From assembly GCF_001194135.2 (NCBI RefSeq), contig NC_068987.1, positions 37,549,264 through 37,591,363 of the forward strand: DNA of 42,100 nt, in the 5' to 3' direction. Made by a program: the position numbers and the translations under genes. Position 1 is the first letter of the stretch. Every line of letters starts with the position of its first letter. Of this stretch, positions 11,978 through 23,601 are shown piece by piece. The notes under the pieces are model-generated. The model was not told the origin of the DNA and ran no database searches. It was given only the letters and a program-made list of their open reading frames with translations. Source of the DNA: Octopus bimaculoides (lineage: Eukaryota).

Positions 11978-12555
11978 ATGAATCCCTCCAGGATTGAAAC
12001 TGGGTTGCAATCTCTACTTATTAGAAAACTGTACTCTGGTCCGCAACCAACTAAACTGCACTTTAAATATAGGAAAACGTAATTTATTTTTGTTTTCGCA
12101 GTTCTGCTTCACTATCTAGACTGCTGCTGTTTCAGCCTCGTGAGTCACGATTTAATTGCTGTACAATTGAGAAAATGTGTACTTTAACCATGGGAAGTAA
12201 ACATCAGAGATGGACTGTCCCATGCTGAAACTGCAGGAGTTTTTCACAGGTTTAGCAAGCTCTTATTCTGAATCTACTGCAATTCATAATTGCAGAAACC
12301 CTTCCGTATAATCAGCAGGTATGTCAGGGTAATAAGCGTTTCACCCCTTAGCCTATATGCTTCGCCTGAGTGGGGCAGCGAAGGCTGAATTAGTCTTTGT
12401 GTGCGGAAGGGTTCCACCTGCGGTCTCTTCGGACGGAAACCCAACGAATCAAATAAAATAAGCTTCAAAATATATCGATATCATATCCATTTCTTTTACT
12501 CCTATATTTTTTTAATGTTCTGTTTTGTCTGATGTAATTGCTTTTACATTCGAGG

Positions 12556-12616
<61 letters not shown>
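12556..12616. repeat. (CTA)n microsatellite
   Basis: Direct reading. Confidence 0.95.
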
Positions 12617-12949
12617 CCAGGTTGGGGAGGTACAGATATTAGCCATCCCAAACAAATCTATACACTCTCTCCTTCTGTATGTACTGCCTCTAGAATCAGT
12701 GCTGCAGAAGTTGGAGGTTTCGCGGCATCCCTGAAAACCAGGATGTAGTAAATCCGTTATTGCCTGAGGCCAACGTCATCGTACTTGTGTCGGACACATC
12801 GAAGTTATTGGTACTAATCTAAGAGATAATGGGGCGTTGATAATTAAACTACGGGCCGTTCCATCACTTATATATCATCTCTGCACACCATGGATCCACG
12901 TCCTCAAGAAAACGGATAAAAACAACTTTTCATATTTGAAGTTAGCACC

Positions 12950-13740
12950 ATGTCACCAGCAGGTCTAAATTCACGTCTTTTTCTATACATAAACATTTTC
13001 CACGGTCCTAAAACCATTTCTTATCTTTCAGCTCCTGTCTTGCCTTACCATCTATTACTTAAATCTCGACATCTCCCCCTTCTCAATCCTCCTGCTCTTC
13101 GCACTTTGTTTCTCTCCTTCTCTCGTACCACTTCCTCTTCACGTATGAGTCTCTTGTAGTTCTAGATTACATATCAGTGGCTATTAATCTTTTTAACTTT
13201 GAAAATGTAAAGCACTGCTGACTTTTATTAATTTCGAAACGCTGAATTTTTCATTCCCCACGGAGTCGTTGATGGATGCTGCAGTTGTGGTTGCCACCTT
13301 GTTGGTGTTGGTATTTCTGCTGTTTTTCCTAATCCTTTCGTTGCTGCAGCTTCTCTTGATATTGCTGTATGCTATTGGGGTTGCGGCGTCGGCAATGGTG
13401 GAAGCCTTCACTCTTTCACTTCGGTTTTGAAAACAGAAAGCTCTGAAGTGATCTTCTGCACTACTCCAGCGGCATTTTCACTTTCTATCCTCAAGTACAA
13501 CATCAAATCAGATCCGTTTGACAGGTGGATAAGGTTTGAGGTCTTTTACACTCCAGAGTTTATCTGGAAGAAGATTTCTGCTGTGGTCCCAGACCAAAAT
13601 TCCTTCTCCACTCGTTTTACTTTCATGAGTGTGTCACTTCCTTCCAAAGGGACACAAGCTAACAACCAGCAGATCTCCAATCGAGATGTAATTCTCTCTT
13701 CCTAAATCAGTTAGGTTGAGGTTGAGAACAACAGAGGGGT
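12950..13740 (-). mobile_element. Degenerate Tx1-like LINE ORF1 (Gag-like) remnant
   Basis: Minus translation RITSRLEICWLLAC...EFWSGTTAEIFFQ...IHLSNGSDL, then shifted frame DVVLEDRK*KCRWSSAEDHFRAFC (13433-13474): a decayed Cx2Cx4Hx4C zinc knuckle. Boundaries uncertain. Confidence 0.5.
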
Positions 13741-13837
13741 TCACTCCAAAATAACTGCCTTGTCCTAGTGACATGATAGACATTTTCCCATATTTCTTTT
13801 AGGGCTCATTCACGCATCTAGGAAATTGTTGTTCTAC

Positions 13838-13950
13838 TTACTGGCTTCTCTAAGTTCTTTTAGTGTCTTAATATACCACTCGCTGTTCACAATGCAATCA
13901 CATTCTAGAAAATCAAGAGGAATGACGCCTTTGTCATTTGATTCCACGAC
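13838..13950 (-). pseudogene. Mariner transposase fragment
   Basis: Minus translation VESNDKGVIPLDFLECDCIVNSEWYIKTLKELREASK matches the mariner catalytic-domain segment (KGVI.IDFL..G.TINSEYY..L..LREAI). Confidence 0.7.
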
Positions 13951-14129
13951 ATAAATATATAGTTTGAGATCCCCTCAGAGAATAGCTAGCTGGTTACTTT
14001 CCTAAACAATAGCAGCTGCATAAAGCTAGCACATTAGTAGACAACCTAATATACATATTTGTGCTTTTGAACACAGCGTAAATCAGAATAAATTTCAAAA
14101 TTACAAATCCTAATGATGTGTGGATGTGT

Positions 14130-14422
<293 letters not shown>

Positions 14423-14999
14423 CAAAAAGATGTGTCGCTCTGAAAAATGACATAACTCCTAAAACAGACTACCAGTAGAAAGATATAACAGTTAAGCAGT
14501 TAAACATTTTGAAATAAATATTCAACGACGGAAACTGCTGTTAATTTGCCTTTTTCGATGTATTTATATGAAGTATGATACGCAGATGGTGATTTTATTT
14601 TTTTATCTAATTCTGATCTTGTCACACATAGTAGATTTTTACGTAGTTGAGCGTCTAATTGTAACACTGGTGATTTTTTTCAGTCACTGTTTCCCTATAC
14701 CAGTGACGATGGATTTTCTCTTAGCATAATGTTGGCAATGGGTACATGATACCTATGAAGTTCAATAACGCAGAAATGCGAATCTAGCATTTTGACCTCG
14801 ACGATATTAGCCTGTTGGCAATAAATATGTTCTTTTAAACGTAGTATGTCCATAGGAGATATCACCGGACGAATACGTAGTTCAGTTAACCTTCCTTTAC
14901 GCGATGTATTTGCATTAAGCATGGTACACAGATGGCTATATGTGTGTGTATGTTTGTGTGCGCGTAAGTGCATGTGTGTAAGTTTATGTGAGAGTGTGC

Positions 15000-15042
<43 letters not shown>

Positions 15043-15131
15043 TATATAATTGAAAACCAAGAGGAGAGTGGAGATTTATTCACATCCAAAACATTTTTTA
15101 TTAAAAAGTTTTCTATAGCATATATAACAAT

Positions 15132-15220
15132 GACCAAACTAATATGTTTCTATTGCAGCTACTGCACATTGCTCTCTATGCAATTATGCATCCTAGTCGC
15201 TGCAATTTCATCAAGGGTCC
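15132..15220 (-). ncRNA. Degenerate hammerhead-like motif (putative pLTR)
   Basis: GGACCC-UUGAUGA-A-AUUGCAGC...GCUGCAAU-A-GAAA-CAUAUUA-GUUUGGUC. Perfect 8-bp stem II, but C3 is U and stems I and III are broken. Confidence 0.4.
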
Positions 15221-15604
15221 ATCATTTACGATTTTTTCAAAGTGAACTTATTCAAACAAGCTTCCTGCGTTGGTATTCAGTTGAAGGTGACAGCGTTACT
15301 TTTGAAATCGAATTGAATTATGGCCTTATAATCACCGCTACTGGTATTACAGTTGAACTGTGGCTTTAAAATGTTTATTTATATAACAATTAATTGTAAC
15401 AGTTTTGTTTACATTTTACTATATGGAGTACATTATTTATTCAGAGGTATTTCACTTATTTTGGGTTTATATTTTCAATTAATATTATTGTTATTACTAT
15501 TGTAATTATGTTCATTAGTATTATTTGTATAATAATCATTAATTATCACAATCAGTATTTTAACGAATATAATTAATATAGATGGTAAGTTATGTTTATT
15601 TAAA

Positions 15605-16006
15605 TCATCGTTTAAATGTATATTTTGCCCAGTGTGGGCAACTCATAGCCAGTTCCTGTCTAGTGTTTATAAGAGTAATTTTAGAAGTGAAAATTTGGTA
15701 CATTTCTTTCACACAAAAGTCACATGTATTATCGCCTATTCTATAAGGTTTTGCCTTACAAATTATTTCCCAAATAATCGAAAATACTTTGTTACTATCT
15801 TTTACTGCCCAAAATAGTTTACTATGGCTACTAGTATTCATCTTGTTTCTAAACGAACTTAAATGACTGATAATTCTCTGCTTAATATAACATGAGCTAG
15901 TAGCTATATAGAAGTATTCCCAATTCTCTGAGGTAACCTTACATCTGTATACGATATTTTTATACCTACAATTATAGTTGAGCGGACAGACACTGTTCAT
16001 TGTACA
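15605..16006 (-). mobile_element. Penelope-like element GIY-YIG endonuclease fragment (probably Naiad-type)
   Basis: CPLNYNC..NIVYRCKV..EYFYIATS..KQRIISHLSSFRN...KPY..CDFCVKE..LINTRQEL..CPH: GIY-YIG with Cx5C, CxxC and CxH motifs. 5'-truncated at a microsatellite. Confidence 0.8.
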
Positions 16007-16019
16007 ATCGCCTTTAATA

Positions 16020-16366
16020 CTTCAACTATTTCTATTAATATATATATGTATGTATGTATGACGTATGTATGCATGTTTGCATGCATATGATTATATGATC
16101 ATATGATTATATGTGTGTGTGTGAGTGTGTGTGTGCGTGCAATATATCTTAAATGTACATAAATAAATCTATACATACATACATACATACATACATACAT
16201 ACATACAAGTAGCTGCTGTGGTAACTAGATATTCAGTCACCTGCAAATTTTGTGACAGGCTTGACAAGTTGTCATTTTAAGGCACGGATTTTTCAGGTGA
16301 TGACCGCACGGGTAACAGTTGGAGACATAAAAGCTACCGCAATAGACAATATGTATACATGCATAC

Positions 16367-16418
<52 letters not shown>

Positions 16419-16525
16419 GCATACATACATATACTCGTATACATATGTATATGTATATGTGTGTATATGTGTGTGTATATGTGTGCGGATGTATGTATAC
16501 ACACACACACACACACACACACACG
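16020..16525. repeat. Mixed (AT)n, (ACAT)n, (AC)n microsatellites
   Basis: Direct reading. Confidence 0.9.
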
Positions 16526-16529
16526 TATA

Positions 16530-18720
16530 GTTTTTAGCAGTAATATTACAGGTACGAAGTACCTGTAATATTACTATTTTAAAATTACACAGAAATTCTC
16601 CAGCTGAGCAGCCTATAAGGCCCAGCAGATCACTTTTTATTTCTTCGATGGTTAATTTGGGCAACTAGCACCCATCTTTTTCATCACTTCCTTCTATCTT
16701 TGCTCATATACTCTAGCTGACAGTGTCCTCTTTTCCAGCCCCATCTTGCTTTTCAGATAATATGTGAAGTAAAACAGCAAACCGGGGCCGGATATATAGG
16801 ACCCTGTCAGAAAACCTTCCATTCTTGTTCTCCATATGCACTCTTTCAACACTGCTTCCGTACAGAGAAAACAAGCCTCACCTTCTTTCGAGAGTCCAGT
16901 TGGCGGTATCATCTTTATTACAGATCCAGCCGACAGCTGTACTCTTTCCAGATGAGACAACACGTGTTCGACGTAAAGCATCAAGCCCGAAAGCTTCCGA
17001 CAATGGACAAAAGCGTGCTGGACAGTTTCGCTGTCCAGCCCACATCTTTGACATATCGGTGGCACTGCCTTACCATGCCTTAATAACTTATCATGAACAG
17101 GTAAAGCGTTCCTGTCACACTGCCAAGCCAGGGATTTTTGGAAGTTATCCAAATACCCCGGCCTGAAAGTTTTTTGGAACAGGTCGGTCAGTTGGTTCTC
17201 ATCGAACCCCAGAGCACTTCCTAAGACGTCGTCATTTTTTCCTTCCACCAGCCCTCTATAGAATACCGAAGTGGTATTCCCGCAGCAAGCCTTGCCCATC
17301 TTGTGGATTAGCCAGAGTGCCTGACGGCATTCATTCTGCCATAAAGTCAGATTACGCCTTTTAGTGACGCTGGTCTAGNNNNNNNNNNNNNNNNNNNNNN
17401 NNNNNNNNNNNNNNNNNNNNNNNNNNNNNNNNNNNNNNNNNNNNNNNNNNNNNNNNNNNNNNNNNNNNNNNNNNNNNNNNNNNNNNNNNNNNNNNNNNNN
17501 NNNNNNNNNNNNNNNNNNNNNNNNNNNNNNNNNNNNNNNNNNNNNNNNNNNNNNNNNNNNNNNNNNNNNNNNNNNNNNNNNNNNNNNNNNNNNNNNNNNN
17601 NNNNNNNNNNNNNNNNNNNNNNNNNNNNNNNNNNNNNNNNNNNNNNNNNNNNNNNNNNNNNNNNNNNNNNNNNNNNNNNNNNNNNNNNNNNNNNNNNNNN
17701 NNNNNNNNNNNNNNNNNNNNNNNNNNNNNNNNNNNNNNNNNNNNNNNNNNNNNNNNNNNNNNNNNNNNNNNNNNNNNNNNNNNNNNNNNNNNNNNNNNNN
17801 NNNNNNNNNNNNNNNNNNNNNNNNNNNNNNNNNNNNNNNNNNNNNNNNNNNNNNNNNNNNNNNNNNNNNNNNNNNNNNNNNNNNNNNNNNNNNNNNNNNN
17901 NNNNNNNNNNNNNNNNNNNNNNNNNNNNNNNNNNNNNNNNNNNNNNNNNNNNNNNNNNNNNNNNNNNNNNNNNNNNNNNNNNNNNNNNNNNNNNNNNNNN
18001 NNNNNNNNNNNNNNNNNNNNNNNNNNNNNNNNNNNNNNNNNNNNNNNNNNNNNNNNNNNNNNNNNNNNNNNNNNNNNNNNNNNNNNNNNNNNNNNNNNNA
18101 GCACAACACTTTCATTTTTCTAGGCTTGTGCCGAAACCTCCCCTACCACGCCTGCCGAGCCGAAATGCACCTCAACAGCTGCACCTCCGGCACCTCGACC
18201 AACGCAGCGAACCCTCCGCCAAACTGGAACCAAACACCTCTCCACAACATCCGTCCTCTCCTCCGCCATCTCCCCTCCTTCACGCTGCACACCCCATATA
18301 CAACCATTCCTTCCCCAACCGCGCTCAGCAACTCTGGGGGCGGCACCAGTTCTGCCTCTTCACCCACCCTCCGTATCAGCCGCCTATACTGAAACAGCTT
18401 GTCCATTGTTGCTTCTAATTCTGTTGAGCTTCCGCTCACTGCCTTGAAGAAACTTGGTTTCCTTTTTTCATTTTCAACTGTGTTGACCTCTCCCACCCCG
18501 GGGAATTCCTTCTCCGACGCTAAATTTAGCTCCGTACTTGTCGTTAGACAAGAAAACAATTTTCTGTTATACAGAAATTTTCCGCCCCAAAGGGCGAAAA
18601 TAACAACAAACAGTTCACAGAAAAAACAGTTGTAAATTACAATAACACAAGCAAATCATGAACTCACACCGGTACCAGCAAAATACGTCGAAACAAAAAT
18701 CAAAGAGGGTATCCACAAGA
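16530..18720 (-). mobile_element. Tx1/L1-clade LINE: ORF1 start (18100-18560) and ORF2 C-terminus (16694-17378) either side of a gap
   Basis: C-terminal zinc finger CQRCGLDSETVQHAFVHC (zf-RVT type), homologous to 33710-34186. ORF1-like KPSFFKAV...LFQYRRLIRRVGEE. The real element is probably longer than the 721-N gap implies. Confidence 0.8.
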
Positions 18721-18812
18721 GGCAAAAACAACGGGGCTTGTTAGCTGTCGATGCTTGTTCGCTTTTGAAAACTTATAGAACTTCAAGTGAAATTAATTCA
18801 CTGATCTACAAA

Positions 18813-19202
18813 ATTAGAAATATTGCATTTCTAAATCTCTCAGAGAGACTTATACAGTAGTAGCACAATAAAGTGATGGTTTGTTGCCAACCTAATGTGG
18901 CAGTCCCAGGAAAGCTAGCAAACCAAGCTACTCCAGATTGATGAAGAGCAATGACTCTGAAACTAGTCTCTGGATGCTGGCTTTGCTGGGTAGAGGTGCT
19001 TATCTCCCCTGTTTGAAAACTTAAGGATCACAGAACACTTGTGTCACATAGCCAACTGGAAACGATGGTTCCTGGGGCTAAATAGCAGTAGCATTCTTCC
19101 CTTTCCTGGGACTACCACATAAGGTTGGCAACAAACCATCACTTTATTGTGCTGCTAATGTATAAGTCTCTCTGAGACATTTAGAAATGCAATATTTCTA
19201 AT
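18813..19202. mobile_element. Non-autonomous fold-back element: 102-bp inverted arms (18813-18914 / 19101-19202) around a hammerhead-bearing core
   Basis: Arms are near-perfect reverse complements (about 5 mismatches by eye). Confidence 0.85.
18932..18974 (+). ncRNA. Minimal hammerhead motif with C3->U
   Basis: UCCAGA-UUGAUGA-AGAG CAAUGA CUCU-GAAA-CUAG-UC^UCUGGA. Stem I 6 bp, stem II 4 bp, palindromic ACUAGU, GUC triplet. Confidence 0.7.
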
Positions 19203-19400
19203 AAAACTATACAATCTTTGCTAAAACAATAAAATTGTTATGCCTCCACGCATATAAAGAATAGATATATCGAACGATATCGGGTCATCCGTTATTTTAA
19301 TGCACTTTTTTCCATACAATATTTCTTATTTTTAAAGGTATTGTCACATTCTGTTCACGTGTGCCTTTTATGTGATAGATACGATAATCCTTTCAACAGA

Positions 19401-19615
19401 TAATATTGGTTTCAAATTTTGGCACAAAACAGCAATTTCAGGGGAGGGGTAATACGATTACGTCGACCCCAGTGCTTAAATGGTACTTATTTTATCGACT
19501 CCAAAAGGGTGAAAGGCAAAGTGGACCTGGCGAACTTTGAACTGAGACCGTAAGGATGGGTGAAATGGTAAGCATTTTGCCTGAGATACTAACTATTCTG
19601 CCAGCTCGCCACCTT
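19401..19615 (-). mobile_element. SINE family A copy
   Basis: Near full-length reverse complement. Confidence 0.85.
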
Positions 19616-20026
19616 CTTTCTACGGATAATACTGAAAACAGTTTTGGAAACTATATCCTATAGGAAGGTAGTACCTTACGGATATTTTAAAATGATTGTA
19701 GGTGATGCAAATGATATATTCAACACTGGTGTGGCACAATCGACATTCTATATCACAAAATATGTTTAGAGGAATCACCTGTTCCCGAGCAGCGCATGTG
19801 TATCCTTTATCACAAATACAAGAGACGCCACTCCTCCAGTCAAATGTTGTTGGTTCCATCTAAGTTGTCAGACATGTACTCGAGAAGTACATGCTGGTAT
19901 GATAAGTGTATCTCTCCCAAATTTCACGTGTAACAGCTGTAAACGTTGAGCATTTATTCCTTACCTACACCCAATATGTTATTATTTTTACAGCTAGTAC
20001 ATATGTAATATACTCATTCCTCTTTC

Positions 20027-21620
20027 TACAGTAGTGATGAACAAGTCTGACTACTCTGAAAAATTGGCAAGTCTTATAAGTGATGGTAGCTAAAGCAAAG
20101 TAAAGAAAGACCCAGCTCTGAAAACAGAGGAAGTTGTCACAGATCTTGATCAAGAACAAGGATCACTTTACACCAATGAAGTACAGACTCAACACTGCAG
20201 TAAACTACCACACATGTACAGTCTCTCTAAGATTCACAAGAATGGTATTCCATTAAGACCTATAGTGAGCTGTAGAGGTTCAGCACGTCATCCATTGAGC
20301 CGCTTCTTTGTGGATATAATCAGTCCATTAGCAGGCAAGTCAACATCGTACGTGAAGAATTCCACCCACTTCACAGAATTGATCAAGGATACCCCCATGG
20401 AATCCAACCAGATGGTGAATCTAGATGTGATAAGTCTGTTCACCAAAGTCCCAACTGGTGAAGAACTATCGGTGATTCAAGAAAAACTAGTGACAGACAC
20501 CTGTCTAAAAGAACGCACTAGTATATCAATAAGAAACTTGATGGAAATGTTGACCTTCTGAGTAGAAACTACCTATTTCAGTATGGACACTGATATATAT
20601 CAACAAGAAGAGGGTTTAGCTATGGGTTCGCCATTATCACCGATAATAGCCAATGGGATACTTTAAGAATTTGGCTTTAGGATCAGCACCACTAAAACCA
20701 ACCCCATGGCTGCGATATGTTGATGACGCCTTTATTCTCTGGCCCCACCAGGAAGATGTCCAAGTGCTGTTAGATCATGTAAACTTAATAAAGTCATCCA
20801 TACAGTTCACATTGGAAAAGGTAAAAGACAATCAGCTGGCATTCCTGGACATATCAATAACACGTACCAAGTATGGATTCAGGACATCCGTATACCGCAA
20901 GCCGACCTTTACTGGACGATACCTCAACTTCAATTCCCACCATCCATACAGTGTGAAGAGGGGAATTGCTCGGTGTCTAAAACATCGAGCAATGAATAAA
21001 AGTAGCGATCGTGATACCCACCACGCAGAAATGATCAAGCTCAGTAACAATCTATTAAGCAACAACTACTCCACAAATATATTATCTACTCCAATTATGA
21101 AGAAAAGAGAGGATGAAACCAATAAACTGTCTACAGTCTGTCTACCCTATGTGAAAGGCCTCTCCGAAAAGATACAAAAGATATGCGGCCCATATGACAT
21201 TAGGACAGTATTTAAGAGTAATACAGCACTTCGCAAATATCTCCTTCGGGTAAAACCACCAATAGAAGAGAATATGACCAAAAACTGCGTGTACTCCATC
21301 CCATGTAGCTGTAGTGGGTTATACAAAGGTGAAACATAGCGACCCCTCAAAATAAGCGTAGAGGAACATCGCAAAGCTGTGACACGAGGAGATATGGATA
21401 AATCTCGTATAGCTGATCATGTTTGGAAAAATGGATACCGCCCCTCCCCCTGTGGGGTGAAGTTAAAATAATAGACAGAGAACACCACTGGAAAATAGGA
21501 AAACTAAATGAAGCAGCACATATGCTAGGACACAAAAACCTCCTAAGCAGACCGAGTGCAGATATGAATAACATATGGGAACTGGTATTAAGGAAGGATA
21601 GGAAAAAAATAGACTTATAA
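20027..21620 (+). mobile_element. Penelope retroelement (RT + GIY-YIG), 5'-truncated, pseudogenised
   Basis: TVVMNKSDY, KIHKNGIPLRPIVS, LDVISLFTKVP, GLAMGSPLSP, WLRYVDD, RKPTFTGRYLNFNSHHP, VYSIPCSCSGLYKGET. Stops at 20559-20561 and 21337-21339; frameshifts near 20655 and 21430. Confidence 0.93.
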
Positions 21621-21653
21621 GCCCTTAAAAATATTCACTCCATAATTGCCCAC

Positions 21654-21728
21654 GGGCGTATGGCATAGTGGTTAAGAACGCGCGCTACGAACCCCAAGAT
21701 TCCGAGTTCAATTTCAGGCAGTGACCTG

Positions 21729-21786
<58 letters not shown>

Positions 21787-21983
21787 GCATCGAAAAAATA
21801 CCTTAGGAATGAAAACCTAGGTTCGACATTTCCCCCAAGACACCTGATGAAGGCTGGAGGGTATACCAGCCGAAACGTTGTGTTAACAACAAACAAGATG
21901 AGGACAAATATCCGTCAAATGTAAATAATGTACATAATGTAAATAATGTACATAATTCCTCATCTCTTAAATATAGAACTGTA
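21654..21983 (+). mobile_element. SINE-like element: tRNA-like head + (TAA)n + hammerhead-containing tail
   Basis: A box TGGCATAGTGG 21661-21671, B box GAGTTCAATTTC 21704-21715, (TAA)n ~21730-21785, hammerhead 21839-21884, tandem AATGTAAATAATGTACAT duplication in the tail. Confidence 0.75.
21839..21884 (+). ncRNA. Minimal type-I hammerhead ribozyme motif
   Basis: GACAC-CUGAUGA-A-GGCUGG AGGGUAUA CCAGCC-GAAA-CG-UU^GUGUU. Stem I 5 bp, perfect 6-bp stem II, AACGUU palindrome, predicted cleavage after 21879. Confidence 0.8.
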
Positions 21984-22093
21984 CTCTCTCTGCTGTTCAG
22001 TAGCTGTTATCTGAGCGATGCACTGCAGTATACAAATGCTATTTAAACCGACTCTTTTCGTACCGATTAGTTAGACTTGGCACTCTGGCTCGA

Positions 22094-22400
22094 TGTATGT
22101 ATGTATGTATGTATGTATGTATGTATGTATGTATGTATGTACGTACGTACGTATGTATGTATGTATGTATGTATGTATGTATGTCTCTTCTATTTTTTTA
22201 ATTATTATAAATATTCCGATGAGGAGGGAGCCGTTTTCCAACAAAGATACAAGGCTCTATCTTTGGAATGTAGTTAACACGGACAAATTCACATTTGGAA
22301 CTTGAGTCTTTTGTGTATGTATGTATGTATGTATGTATGCATGCATGTATGTATGTATGTATGTATGTATGTATGTATGTATGTGCGTGCGTGCGTACGT
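22094..22400. repeat. (GTAT)n microsatellites
   Basis: Direct reading. Confidence 0.9.
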
Positions 22401-22445
22401 GTATCGATATGTGTATCTATGCATGTAATACATAATTGAAAAGAA

Positions 22446-22488
22446 GGCGGCGAGCTGGCAGAAACGTTAGCACGCCGGGCGAAATGCT
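22446..22488 (+). mobile_element. SINE family A head cut by gap
   Basis: GGCGGCGAGCTGGCAGAAACGTTAGCACGCCGGGCGAAATGCT nearly matches the head of the 36220-36450 copy. Confidence 0.8.
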
Positions 22489-23438
22489 NNNNNNNNNNTA
22501 TATATATATATACATATTATGTACATAGGTATGTACGTATGTATGTGTAATGTGCGCATACATGTTGTATATGGTTATGTATATAAGTGTATATGTATAT
22601 ATATAAGTATGTGTTTATTCATATATGTATGTAAATATGCATATCTACTTCTAGGCGTGTGTATGTTTCCTCTTTAATTAACAGGATTTTTCTGATAAGG
22701 AACAAGCTGGTAACAAAGCAACAATACTCCATCACTGGAATTTGGATAACTGAGACTATTAATGTTAGGTGTTGAATAGCTTTTTGAGATTGCTACTGTG
22801 ACATTTTCTAACATAACCGAATGCAAAAATAATTATTACTATAATTGCGATTCTATAATCAGGATGGAAAACCCACAAGTGTCCAAGGATTTATCTCTAA
22901 ACTTTCTTCTTATTGATTTTGGAAACAAATGTATGCAACTGCAGAGTAGCTAACCTTTGAGACTGTATGTAGCTTCTCTCTTCTTTCCAATAGATATATA
23001 TTTGCGTTTGAAGGATGTTTCGAAAGAAACCTTCCATCAAAACTGCCTGTATTGATATAGGTGTATATAGTCAATGACAGGGATATTTCTCTGTATTTAT
23101 CCCAGAGTAGACTTTCATGCAAATTGTATCTTATTTTAGCAAAGAATCTTAAAGGCACTTTTGAACAGCAACTAAACACATGTTAAATGTCTTCCACAGA
23201 TAAGTGAGATGATTGACATTTAGGGTTGCATCTCGGGAAATTAAGGGCTTCACTGTCTTTTTATCATTAGATATTTTGTAACTGTCTCATACTCTTGGAT
23301 TGCAATGCATAACCTTCGAAGGTTATGTGATGTAACGAACACGAATCCAAGAAGTCTACAGTTTTTGTTTATATTAGTACCATCCTCAAATTTGCTAGAA
23401 ATGTGTCCGTGCGTAACCTTTTTGTGGTATGCGAAGCT

Positions 23439-23440
<2 letters not shown>

Positions 23441-23518
<78 letters not shown>

Positions 23519-23595
23519 CCTATCTCGATAGATGTATATGTGTGCGTGCGTGTGTGTGTGTGTGTGTGTGTCTGTGTGTGTGTGTGTGTGTGTGT
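23441..23595. repeat. (CTAT)n and (GT)n microsatellites
   Basis: Direct reading. Confidence 0.95.
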
Positions 23596-23601
23596 ATTAT
23601 A

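Noticed and set aside
12290-12470. GC-richer segment with a small hairpin (CTTCGC/GCGAAG), considered as an HDV-like ribozyme
   Set aside because: Could not build the nested double pseudoknot or place a catalytic C.
6830-13730. hAT-like TIR at 6830 pairing with GGTTGAGAACAACAG near 13720
   Set aside because: Two mismatches in 15, 6.9 kb apart, no TSD and no hAT transposase between them.
14695-14930. Minus ORF tail KGRLTELRIRPVISPMDILRLKEH...
   Set aside because: Frame opens inside a microsatellite; no family similarity or splice support.
16022-16024. In-frame TGA upstream of the GIY-YIG ORF as possible selenocysteine (reported for some Naiad elements)
   Set aside because: Not at a conserved cysteine position, adjacent to the truncation point, and no SECIS identified by eye.
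21654-21728. Functional tRNA gene
   Set aside because: A and B boxes are present but no proper cloverleaf; it continues into (TAA)n and a repeat tail, so it is treated as a SINE head.
22690-23260. Possible host exon after an acceptor-like CTTCTTTCCAATAG
   Set aside because: All three frames stop within about 25 codons; no donor or homology support.
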